A stretch of 64,000 bases of DNA, taken from NCBI GenBank assembly GCA_028534125.1, contig CM052817.1:89406001-89470000 (forward strand), given 5' to 3'. The DNA comes from Lama glama (lineage: Eukaryota). The notes under the pieces are model-generated. The model was given only the letters and a program-made list of their open reading frames with translations, did no database searches and was not told the DNA's origin. Of the stretch, positions 1-12,377 are shown one piece after another. A program made the translations under genes and the position numbers. How positions within the stretch are numbered: the stretch's first letter is position 1; each line of letters begins with the position of its first letter.

Positions 1-1963
1 ATGATTTACCAATGACTCACTTATGGAAGATAGTTGACAGAAAATATTGAGTAGAATTAGTTTATTCTGCTCTAGTTGGGCAGGCAAAGATCTTGGATAG
101 AAACCCAAAGCAGCCTCAGTTGATATAGTATATTCTTGGAGAACACACTCACACTGGGGTTGTTTGCATAAAGTTGTGGAGAGATCTGAGAGTACCAGAG
201 TGAAGACAGAGGCTAAGATTCAGAAAGTCAGACACCTGTTGGCCAGAGGGACAAAAGAGGGCTGGATACAAAACTGAGAGCCTTCTAACGTTCTGTTACT
301 TTCACATAATTAAAAAATAGTATCAACTCTAAAGCTGGCATAAATAAGTCCAAGCAAGTTCTTTTCATAGTAAATAACTCCTGCTTATTTTTTAAATTAT
401 GTTTTTATTCAAAAATAGGATTTTTCATTTGGTATGTGTTGTGGTTCATGCAAGAGCTCAATGAAGCACTGGAAAGACCCTGTTTTACAAGATAACCAGA
501 GCACCAAAGTTCCTCCCCTTCATAAGTAATCCCAGAATTTGCCATATTAAGTTGAAAGAGGTAGTCTGTTTCGCATAGCAATGACTTTACTGCCCAATTC
601 TAGTGAACAGAGACCACACAGAATGTTCCCAGTACCTTCTGGGCAGCCTGGGAGATTCTGCCACTAGGTTCTGTGTCTTCACACTTTTAAAGATTCTCCT
701 ATGCTCTATATAAGAGGGCTCCTAAATAGTGTCTCTATGATCTAAAAGTTTTACATTTTCCTTCCATCAAGAAATCTACTTATTTCCTCCTGAAATGCCC
801 TTAAAAGGTTCTGGATAAAACACTCTCAGAGTAAAGAGAATGGTCTTTGTTTTTCCTTTCAGAGTGAAATACCTGCTTGTTGGAATGGCCTTCTGCCTCC
901 ATTTAACAAAGTGTCAAATGTCAACGGTCTCGTGCTGAGTTACATGTGCCTCAGTCCTTTAAAGAGGCTAAGAAAACATCCCCAGTGGTAGGACACCACT
1001 ACCAGTCAGAGCTGCCCTGTTTTCAATTTACTGGTAAAATTCTTGAACAGAAACATTTTTAAAGAGTTATTTAATAATGCTCTAATGCAAATGTTTAATG
1101 TTTGCCAGGCAAAAAGCTAAGCACTTCTTTCTTTTAATATGGAGAACAAATGTATGAGGCTGATATTATTAATGAATTCTTTTGTAGGTGAGGGTATAAA
1201 GAATAAGAAAAGTAAATTAAATTACAAAACTTGGAACTAGTAGATCCAGGATTCTCTCTGATGTCTATTTCTAGGTTACAGCATTATGGATTAAATTTTA
1301 TAGTAAAATTCATTTTTATTGATATATTTCGTTTCTAAATTTTCTTTTATGAGAAAGAAACATTTTCATGGAAAATTTTGATAATTTTTTTATGATGTCA
1401 AAAACCTGAACAAAAAAATTCAATTCAGTTATTGAAGTATATCTGTCTCTGCTTGGTATTAAGTGCACACAGAATCAGACCATTAGTATTGCTGGGTAAA
1501 GCAGGGGGTTTGTTGGTGTCATGAGACAACAGCTAGTGGAGGGACTATGACAAACTGTCTAGTACATGACTCATTTAACTGACCAAGTGACAATTTGACT
1601 CTAGCTAATTTTGGTCATGCTAAAATCCAGTCCCTGTTGTCAATATTCTGATTTTTTTCATTAAAAAAAGTTCCTATTTCTGGATTTTATTGGTCAACTA
1701 ATTCGAGAACCTTTGATAACATTGTGCTGACCAAAGTATGTCCACTGCCCAAATACCAGATAAAAGCCAGCTTTTTAACTTTCTTGAGGATAACTACTAA
1801 AGTTTTAATTCATTTTTTATTTTTATTATTTCACATATATACACTTATCATTGTACACATTGTCCTATGATGATACAGTTAGTCTTAATATCTAAACATT
1901 AATCCTTATAAGTAGGGCATAAGCAGAAATGAAAGCAAACATAAATTAAAATTAACCTATCCT

Positions 1964-4900
1964 AAAGACTGGGGTCTAAGATGGCAGCAAAGGAAGATCT
2001 TGAATCCATCTTTTCCCATGGACACACTGAATCTATACCTACATATGTAGCAATACCTCCTGAAGAGATTCTGAGGGCTGATTGAACAGCTTCTGTACAC
2101 AGAAACAAGTAGAAAAGACAGAGGCATGGTATCCACAGGAATCTCACTCCCAAAGCAGAGACCTACTGTAGAGAGGAGTACCAGTAAGGGCCAGAGAAGA
2201 GACTCCACTTTCTTGGGACACAGTGAAAAAAACAGTGGTTTAAAGGACTGTTAGACTGTCAAGAAGGAAATCCAATTACCAACTTTAGATTGTCCACCAT
2301 ATGAGTGGAGAACTGCTGGAAATCTCTCAGGGCTTAGAGATGGCAGTAAATGCCATTGTTTTAGTCTCTGTGAGACTTGCACCCACTCCAGTTCCAGCTG
2401 ACCCACCAGAGTGGTCTTGGGCACAGCCTGCCCCAGGAGTCCTTCTGGCTCAAGTCAGATCCAGCTCCAGCCATCCCACCAAGGCAGTCCCAGCAAGGAG
2501 CACCCAGAGATACCAACGCCTTGCCTACTATAACTCCATCCATCCCACCAAGGTGGCCTTGGTGAGGAGCACTTCAGAACTCCCTCGTCTGGCACCCACT
2601 CCAGTTCCAGCTGGCCTGCCAATGCCACCTAGTGCATGAAGTTGACACAGGGAATCCTAACACACAACAACACTCCTTCAAGACCAGGAGAGGTAGTTGT
2701 TTTGCCTAATTCATAGAGACAAACATAGAAAGTCAAACAAAATGAGGAGAGGAATATGTTCCAAATGAAGAGTAAGATAAAATACAAGGGAAAAACCTAA
2801 TGAAATGGACATAAGTAATTTACCTGGTAAAGAATTCAAAACAATGGTAATAAACACGCTCACTGAACTTGGCGGAACAATGGATAAACTCAGTAAGAAC
2901 TTCAATAAACAGAAAATGTAAGAAAGAACCAATCAGAGCTGAAAAATACAATAACTGACATAAAAAACACTAAAGGAAATAAACAGCAGATTAAATCATA
3001 CAGAAGAACAGATAAGTTATCTGGGAAATAGAATAATGGAAATCACTCAATCAGAATAGCAAAAAGAATTTTTCAAAAATGAGGATAGTTTAAGGGACCT
3101 CTAGTTTAACATCAATCATACTAACATTCTCATTACAAGGATCCCAGAAGGAGAAGAGAGAAAAGGACAGAAAAATTATTTGAAGAAATAATTGCTGAAA
3201 ACTTCCCTAACCTGGAAAAGAAAACAGAGTTAGATACAGGAAGCACATAGAGGACCAAACAAGATGAACCCAAAGAGATATACACCAAGACATAGTCTAA
3301 TTAAAATGTCTTGAGTTAAAGAGAGAATCTAAAAGGCAAAAAGAGAAAAACAACTAATCACATACAATAAAAACCCTGTAAGTCTATCCACTGATGTTTC
3401 AGCAGAAGCTTTACAAGCCAGAAGGGAGTAGAAGGATATATTTAAAGCGTTGAAGGAAAAAAAATTACAACATAGAATACTCTATACGGCTACGTTACTA
3501 TTCAGAACCAAAGATGAGATAAAGAATTTCCCAGACAGGCAAAAACTAAAGGAGTTCATCATCACTAAACAGGCTTTACAAGAAATGTTAAAGGGTTTTC
3601 CTTCAGTAAAAAAGAAAAGACCACAGCTGAAAATAAGAATATATATGGAAATAAAAATCTTTCTGATAAAGGCAAATATACAGTAAAAGCAGTAGATCAG
3701 CCATATATGGCAAATTCACAGCTAAAAATCATACTTAGTGAAAAGCTAAAAGCTTTTCTTCTAAGATCAGGAATAAAACAACACTCTCACCACTTTTATA
3801 CAACATAGTACGAAAAATCCTAACCACAATTAGGCATACAAAAAATGATTAAACGAGATTCAACGTGGAATGGAAGAAGTAAAACTGTCATTGTTTGCAA
3901 ATGATATAATACTATATAGAAACTCTCCAAAGATTCCACCATATAACTATTTAGAACTAAAAAATAAATTCAGTAAACTTACAGGATACAAAATCTATAT
4001 ACAGTAATCTGTTGCATTTCTACATACTGTACAAACTATCAGAAAGAGACATTAAGAAAGCCGTTTATAATTGCATAAAACCCCAAAATAAACAGAAATA
4101 AATTTAACTAAGGAGGTGAAAAATGTGTACTTAGAAAAGTATAAGACATTGAGGAAAGAAACTGAAGATGACACAATAAATGAAAAGATAGACTGTGCTA
4201 ACAGATTAGAAGAATCAATATCATTAAAATTTCCATACTATACAAAGCAATTTATAGATCCAATGTAACCCCTCTCAAAATATCCATGGCATTTTTCACA
4301 GAACTAGAACAAATAATACTAAAATTTGTATGAAAACACAAAAGATCCCAAATAGCCAAAGCAACGTTGAGAAAGAATAACACAGAAAGCTGGAGAAATC
4401 ATGCTCCCAGAGTTAAAACAATATTAGTAATCAGAATAGTATGGTACTGGCAGAAAAAACAGATAGAAATCAGTGGAACAGAATAGAGATCCCAGAAATA
4501 AATCCATGCTCATATAGTCAATTAATCTACAACAAAAGAGGCAAGAATATACAATAGAGAAAAAGTCTCATCAATAAATGGTGTTGGGAAAACTATACAG
4601 CTATATGCAAAAGAATTAAACTGGGCTATTTTCTTACACCATATATAAAAATAAAGTCAAATAGAATAAAGACTTGAAGGTAAGACCTGAAACCATAAAA
4701 TTAGAAGAATACATAGGCAGTATGTTCTTTGACATAAGTCTTAGCAGTACTTATTTTGGATATATTTCTTCAGGTAAGGACAACAAAAACAAAAATAAAC
4801 AAATGGGACTACATCAAATTGAAAAGTTTTCACACAGTGAAGGAAACAACCAACAAAATGAAAAGGCAACCCACAGAATGAGAGAAGATATTTGCAAATG

Positions 4901-5918
4901 ATATATCAAGTAAGGGGTTGATATCCAAAAACTATAAAGAACTCATTCAATTCAATATTAAAAAAGAAAGAACTTGATTGATGGACAGAGGAACTAAATA
5001 GACATTTTTCCAAAGAAGACATACAGATGGCCAACAGCACATGAAGAGACGCCCACCATCACCAATCATTAGAGAAAAGTAAATCTCTATGGGAAACAAC
5101 CTCACACCTGCCAGAATGGCTATTATCAGAAAGCTAAGAAACAAGTTCTGGGAAGGATGTGGAGAAAAAGGAACCCTAGTGCACTGTTAGTGGAAACAAA
5201 ACTTGGTGCAGCCACTATGGAAAACAGTATTGAGGTTCCTCAAAACACTAAAAACAGAAATATGATACAATTCAGAAATTCCACCTCTGGTATTTACCTG
5301 AAGATAAGAAAAACACTAATTCAAAAAGATATATATACCCTTATGTTCACTGTAGCACTATATACAATAGCCAAATTATGGAAGCAACCTAAGTGCCCAA
5401 TGATAGATGAATGGATAAAGAAGATGTGCTGTTTATGTACAATGGATTATTACTCAGCCAAAAAAAAAAAATCAAATCTTCCATTGGTGGCAACACGGAT
5501 GGACCTGGACAGTATTATGCTATGTGAAGTAAGTCAGACAGAGAAAAATAAATACTGAATGATTTCACTTCTATGTGGAATCTAAAAAACAAAACAAATG
5601 AACAAACAAAACAGATCAGAAAGACTCATAGATACAGAGAACAAACTGGTAGTTGTCAGAAGTCAGGGGGACAAACAAAATAGGTGAAGGGGATTAAGCA
5701 GTACAAATTTCCAGCTAAAAAATACTGTATATCCCATGATGTATTGTACAGTATTAGGAATATAGTCAATTATATTGTAACAACTTTGTATGGTGACAGA
5801 TGGCAAGTAGACTTATTGTGATGGTTATTTCATAATGTATAAAAATAATGAATCACTATGTTGTACACCTGAAACTAATATAATATTATATACTAATTAT
5901 ATTTCAATTAAAAATAAG
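1964..5918 (+). mobile_element. L1 LINE with 5'UTR, ORF1 and the 3' part of ORF2 plus 3'UTR; internally deleted (about 3.95 kb), decayed
   Basis: 5' end AAGATGGCAG; ORF1 remnant (3450-3686 ..EIKNFPDRQKLKEFIITKQALQEMLKG); ORF2 C-terminal remnants (4674-4901, 5157-5558 ..WKQPKCPMIDEWIKKM); L1 3'UTR and A-tail. 17-bp TSD TAAAAT(T/C)AACCTATCCT at 1947-1963 and 5919-5935. Confidence 0.95.
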
Positions 5919-8314
5919 TAAAATCAACCTATCCTTAACTTTTTCCCTCTCATCATGAAAGGCTTCTAGAAGTGAAATGGTATTTATTTCACTTTATTTT
6001 ATAACTATGAGTCTCACGTTACAAGAGGCCAAAGTCTAAGGTTTAACTATTTTATGTGTACCATAAGTTCTTAATAAAAAGTTTTCCTTACTAGGAGCTG
6101 AATAGTTTGTAATGTGAAAATACATTATTTCATTTATTTATTCATTACATTTTTCTTAAGCACTTTAAATGCAGTCATAATGTAAAATTTTCATGTACTT
6201 TAAAGTAAAAAATTCACTATCTGGAAACATGTTTTATAAGGACCATTTAAAATATTCTGCATAAATATAAAATTAGAGAAAGTAAAATATTTTAATTGCA
6301 TTGTTTTTACTTAAACCAAAATAATTATGTAATTTTGCTTCTTTAAGAAAGTTTCAATAGCTATTTCATTGTTCTAAGTGAACTTGAACCATACTATTTA
6401 GTAGAAAGAATTAAGAATGGATCTTTCCCACAGCAAACCCTCCAATGAAGTAATAATTATCTGATTTTTTCCCTCTATTTCTTAAAAGATACCTACATTG
6501 AGTATGTGAACCAAAACAATTTTGCACACTTCCTGAAGTGATACTCCTTCTTGAAGCCGTTTTCCTCCTCATTAAAGAAAGCACATCTTTTCCCTTCTAG
6601 ATAGAAAGTTTTTTTATGTGATTTATAATGTGATTTCTAACTAGTGATATTGTTTTGACAAAAAGCAGGCACAACTCCTCCATCTTCTTATTGCAGCATT
6701 TATAAATAACAATTTATATTGCACATATTACCTATGTGATTACTCTGTATTTAATCCTTTTATGCTCTTCTTTTTTCCAAATTTCCAACTTCATTGTCAT
6801 TTATTCACACGTCTAATTCACCACTGTCTTCTTGAATTTACTTTTTTATTTAATGGCCAGAATATCATGTTTCTGTTCTCATTGTGTCTATATCTGTTGC
6901 ATCCAGCTCATTTCATTGTCCCACTAAAATCTGACAACCTTTCCTTACAGTATAACACTCAATATTCATGTCCCAAATTTTTATTCTGTTTTCTTCCAGA
7001 ACATGTACTCCTTCATAATGATATTGAAAGATTCATGCCATCAGTGACAGCTGCTGAAGTTAAATTAACAAGTAGATGTCTTCATAATTATACTCTACAA
7101 TATGTTATAAAATGACTGTAAGAGAAATTATATTGTCTCTTTGTTATGTTATGTGAAAAGTTTTTTTAACTTAAAGGTCATTGTTATTTGACATTTGAAT
7201 ATTCTGTTGTGTCACAAATATTTTTAAAAGTCAAGCTTATACCACTCAATTGTATCCTGAATATAATTTAATTAAAGTGAATAAAATTAAGTACTATAAT
7301 AGGACAATGTTTACATTTTTAGTATTCATTCAGTTACTAAGGTATCCTCATTTGCTTCATCTGTAAAGAATGAACAATTTTGCCTAACTGAGATGTCTAC
7401 GTAACTTGAAACAGAGTTTCTGCCACCATTTTATAATAAAAGTGAATTTGGGTCTCTCAGTCTAAAATGCAATTCCACAGGTTCAGTTTATTAACTGTCA
7501 GAGTTTGTACTTTATTCCTTGTTCCTCAAAGTGTAATATGCAAATATCACATTAATGCAGATGTCCAATTTATCCAATTCTAGAATCTAATCTCAGAGGA
7601 CCCAAAAGGACTGGAAACTAATGTAGAAAGATGGATGGGTAGATAGTTTTAATATAGATATAGTTCTCTAAAAATCATAATTGGCTTACAATATATTTTC
7701 AATGTTCAAGACTCAATTTAGACATCTGGTCTTGAGTAGGTAGCAAACGAGCATAAGGCAAGGATAAATATTTCTGCCATGAAAAGACATAATTGAGAAG
7801 GGTTTTGCTAATGTACATTTGGAAATCACAAGCACTTCACTTGGTTAGTTCAATTGTGGTTAATAAAAATTTGCATCTTGTTTATTATATGACTGGCACT
7901 GTGAGAAGCTCTAGACTCTACCCTCAAGTTGCCGAGTTAAGGTCAAGATGACACCAAAATATCGATAGCATACCATAGTATTGTTGGTAACTGCTGTAAT
8001 CACAGAATCCCCCCAATGGGCATTTAGAACAAATTTGAGTTCAAATGAAGCTTTTGGAAATACATACTCTAATCAGCATTACTAACTCTTTATGCTCTCC
8101 TGCTCCCTTTCTCTGACAACAGCCAGCACTGTACCCAAGACCTAATATATTTTTTTTAACAATTCAGGTAATTGCTTCATCATAGGGCAGAGATGTGTTA
8201 ATAAGTGTCATTCAGTTTGTAAGTACTGAATCAAGATGTCTACATAAATCCATAAGTAAGAGTATGAGGTGAGGAATTAAGGTCACCTTGATTTGTAAAC
8301 TGGATTCCCTATTT

Positions 8315-8470
8315 TTTGCCCTCAGTTTCCTCACCTGTAAAGTGATTGACAAGATGGCAATAGGCCCCATACCTTAATTATGAGACTTCTATGCAGTAAT
8401 GTGTATAAAGTACCAAGCACAATGCTGGATGCCTAACATACAGGCAAGGAATTGTTATCATTATTAGCTT
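8315..8470 (+). mobile_element. MIR SINE fragment
   Basis: Core motif CCTCAGTTTCCTCACCTGTAAAGTG followed by GTATAAAGTACCAAGCACAATGCTGG. Confidence 0.7.
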
Positions 8471-9393
8471 TTCTATGCCAATTGTCCCCTTCATAGTCCT
8501 TTAAAAATGAAGGAACTCTAATTTCTTACTGATAAGTCAGTAAGAAAAAAGAAATTAGTGTAACTTGGCTTGAGAAATTAATAAGACAGCAATTTTATCA
8601 TGCTCATTTATGTTCTAATTTAAGTACAAATACTTAAGAATAAAGTTACTTTTACACAAGAGTATGTCCAGAATATGTTTCCATTGCCCAATAAGGATTA
8701 TTATGCCTTCAAAATTACTAACCATTAATATAATGTAGTAATTCAAATATTCACAAAAAACTTATTTGACAGCACATAAATTCCTCTTATGTATTAGAAA
8801 ATACTTTTATTCTTTTAGTAGAATCTAAATGTAAAAATTACCTATCAGTTTGAAGTACAATGAATAATTTCAGCAGGGAATAAATGCCACTTATAAAGGC
8901 ATAATAAATAGAAATAAACCCTATATTTAACCATAACAATACACATTTTTCTCAACTGATGTTATATTTGTATTGAAGGTGACTACATCAGAAAACAGAG
9001 TACTTGAAAATTATTACATACAATTAATAATTTCTTTGAAGCCATATGATAATTGGGGCAAATGTGATGACCTTTTTCCTAAATTATTTCTATAAGTACC
9101 TCATCTTCCACCTAATTTTTTTAGTGCATATTACTATCCAGAATTTTTAAATCCTGTTTTTGAACATTCTTCTTATATTCAGTGAAGTTAAAAACATGTT
9201 TAAACTGTTAGTAAGTACATATAAGGGGCTTACACTATGGCTTTTAGGGAGATTATCTCCAAAGTTATAACAAACAATCCATATTTAGATTTCTATTGCC
9301 AATTCCAAATTTATATTAATTTCTGCTGACTTTTTAATGAAGTTTTTATGAAACTTCATTTCTGTATTGTTGCTTCCATTTCTATAGACCATT

Positions 9394-9602
9394 CATTGCT
9401 CTGCAAGAGAACATTCTACCATGATGGAAATACTATAAATCGTCGCTTTCCAGTACAGTATCCACTAGCAACATGTGGCTACTCAGCAGTTGTTATATGG
9501 TTACTGCAACTACAGAACTGAATTTTCAATCATATTTAATTCTAATTAATTTAAATTTAAATTATCACATATAACTGGCTTCTAATGCATTGGACAGTGC
9601 AA
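9394..9602. mobile_element. MER3-like hAT-Charlie DNA transposon fossil
   Basis: GATGGAAAT..CCACTAGCAACATGTGGCTACT..AT-rich centre..ATTGGACAGTGC matches the MER3 consensus as I recall it. Confidence 0.8.
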
Positions 9603-9689
9603 TTGGAGGTATTTACTGTATAATAATAAAATACATATTTAGTTCCTCAACTCTTCTGTTTCTCTTTATCCTCAAAACAAGACACAGAC

Positions 9690-10208
9690 TTTGGCAGGGA
9701 AAATGTAACACTCAGATCTCCTGCTCTGAGGATCTTAAAAGAAAAATTGACCAACAGCCCAAGGTACTGCTGTTGCAGAGAGCATAACTGATGATGGCAC
9801 CAGGTGCTGTGTTCTGAAGCCACCACCAGGTTGTGCTGAGCCCACTCTTCCCAAACACCGCTCCCAGTCAGTTAATGTCCACAGCAAGGATACTGGGGCA
9901 GGTCCATACCTGCAGGATGCAGGATGCAGGATGCAGGACGCCTCTAAAGGGTGACTTTGGCTTGAGGAGACACCTTTGGCCTGGCAGAAACCTTCTTAGA
10001 GCTATGCTACTGTTTGAGACTCTGTCCATCAACTGTCCTTTATTTCATCTTCCCTTCACAGTAGTCAGACCTGTATCTTAGTCTTATGGTTCTTTCCAAA
10101 ACTTCCAACTGCCTCTCTTCTTTCCTTCCCAGGCATTTCCCCCTAGAAAGATCTTACACATTTAATCCCATCTTGGCAAATGCTACTCAGAAGACCTGAA
10201 CTAACACA
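9690..10208 (+). mobile_element. Ancient ERVL-class solo LTR (LTR33/LTR16-like)
   Basis: 3' end AATCCCATCTTGGC..CTCAGAAGACCTGAACTAACACA is typical of LTR33-type LTRs. The 5' boundary is approximate. Confidence 0.6.
9911..9938. repeat. (TGCAGGA)x4 tandem repeat
   Basis: Read directly from the sequence. Confidence 0.9.
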
Positions 10209-10556
10209 CAGGATTTTGCCATTTTTAATAAAATATTTTAGGATGATTTTTCAGGGTTAAAGGGTAGTCAACAAATCTCCACAGAAAAATAGATAGTGGG
10301 TAATATGTAATGAATGAATAGGAGTTAAAATAATTTAAATGTTTTTAAAACAATAGTGTACTATTTATTTCCTTCTAGGATGAGAAATCTAATCTGCATG
10401 GATTTTTTTTCCTTTTTTTGCCATTTTTCCCCTTGTGAATTTCTCTCTCTAGGTTATGACTGCATGTTAGATATGATAAAGGCTTGATGACAGGTTCAAA
10501 CAAAAATAAGTTCCTACTTTAGCTCAGTTGAAAAATGTGCATATATACTTCTGGAC

Positions 10557-10767
10557 CAGTGATTCTTAACCAGAGTGATTATATCCCTCAAGGGATATTT
10601 ACTAACATTTGGAAACATTTCAGGTTGTCATAACTGAAGTGATGCTACTGGCATCTATTGGATAGAGGTTAGGGATCCTACAAAACATCCTATAATGAAC
10701 AGGACAGGTTCCCCACAAAGAATTCCCAACCCAATATGACATTAGTGCCAAAGTAGAGAAACCATGA
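10557..10767. mobile_element. MER20 hAT-Charlie DNA transposon fossil
   Basis: CAGTGATTCTTAACC..GGTTGTCATAACTG..TGCTACTGGCATCTA..AAACATCCTATAATG..AGTGCCAAAGTAGAGAAACCATG. Confidence 0.85.
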
Positions 10768-12089
10768 TCTGGAATAAGTTTACTAAGTTTGTGCATGTCT
10801 GAACAATCCTCTCAGACTGTGTTCATGCAACTGAAAGCTGTTTCTGGCACAAAATATAACTAGTCCTACACACACACAAAAGTAATATCCTTCTTAATAA
10901 CACAGTTTCCCTAGTGTTTGGTTAATTTTGTGCCACATTGAGTTGACACATCCCAACACAATTCAATCAAATCTTTTGGCAACTGAGAATGGTATTTGTT
11001 AAGTCAATGGCTGGTACATTATCTTTAATTATTATAGTTATTTTCTTTCATTCAAGAATCATGTGCTACACAACTACAAGTTAAGTATAAGGCCAAACAT
11101 GACTCATTTTCTAATTCTTTGGCAGTTAACACACAGTGAAGAAGACAAGTAAATAATAAGATTATAATATTGCAAACTATAGTAATTCATAGAAAAGACA
11201 TCTAACTCAGAAAGGAAGAGAAATGGAGTAACAGTTTCTGGAGTGAAGTATCAGCAATAGATTTCCAAAATAAGGTGTGTTATGGAAACATTTAGAATTT
11301 AGCCTCTTGTTGATAGTGGGATTACAATACAGATAAAGGGCATACCATATGAGAAGAAATATAAGCCAATTTAATCATCATATTCAGATAACTGTAAATT
11401 GATATAATTAATGAAGAAAAATACATTTGGGCGATAAAAAAGATGAGGTTACTACAAATGTGAGGGAATGACTATGAAAGGTCTATCAGGCCAATACTCC
11501 TGGTACAGAAGATGCTATTGCAGGAGTGGGCTTATTGACAGCAATCATAATCACAGAAATTGATAAAAAATAAAAATCTTTGATAGTCAGAGGAAGCCAA
11601 ATATTTCAATGTATAGTAAAACCAGAGAGGCAGCCAAGAGAGGCTTGACCTGCAAAAAGATATGGAGAAGGTTAACATAGCATGATGACATTAGGGACAA
11701 ATTAGGTAGGTATCCAACAAAAACGTTTATTCTGCACAATCAAAAGAAATTAAGAATAGATCCTCAGGAGACTGAAAGAAGTTATCAAAACATAAGTCAT
11801 GATTTCTCCCCAGGTTTCCAGATAATACCCAGTGGGGGACCTGGAAGCCTCTGCCTAAAAGTGAGGTCAACTTCCTGGGGCCTTGGCCTGAGAGGTAAGA
11901 GAAATCATAGTGTAGAAGGCTAAATGGAAGCCTCTGACAGTGATGTTCCTTGGATGAATTCATAAATAAAAAATAATATTGCATCTTGGGATGAATGGAA
12001 AAAATTAGGAATATCCCTATAAATCCAAAGAATGCAGAATGGTGATTCCCTGCCATTCACTTCACTAGTCTGACCCATGAAAAAACAAA

Positions 12090-12264
12090 GCAGAGGAAGC
12101 AAGCTGTCTGGTGTCTTTTCTGATAAGGGCCCTAATCCTATTACAAGGCCTCATGACCCTAACTAAACCTAATTATCTCCCAAAGGCCCCATCTTCAAAC
12201 ATTGGATGTTATGGCTTCAACATATGAATTAAGGCGGAGGGGAGGGACACAATTCTTTCCATAG

Positions 12265-12265
<1 letters not shown>
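12090..12265 (-). mobile_element. MaLR MLT1A-like LTR fragment
   Basis: ATAAGGGCCCTAATCC..CTAAACCTAATTATCTCCCAAAGGCCCCATCT..GCTTCAACATATGAATT..GGACACAATTC. Confidence 0.75.

Positions 12266-12267
<2 letters not shown>

Positions 12268-12297
<30 letters not shown>
12268..12297. repeat. (TG)n microsatellite
   Basis: Read directly from the sequence. Confidence 0.97.
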
Positions 12298-12298
<1 letters not shown>

Positions 12299-12377
12299 AC
12301 ACATATACAGGGAAGAAAATTCTTCCTATGAGGAATACTTTGGCTCTCTATTTGAGCTGAACAAATAAGAATCTATA

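Noticed and set aside
6762..7115. 117-aa ORF
   Set aside because: Low-complexity F/L/H-rich translation of T-rich DNA, with no recognisable domain or splice support.
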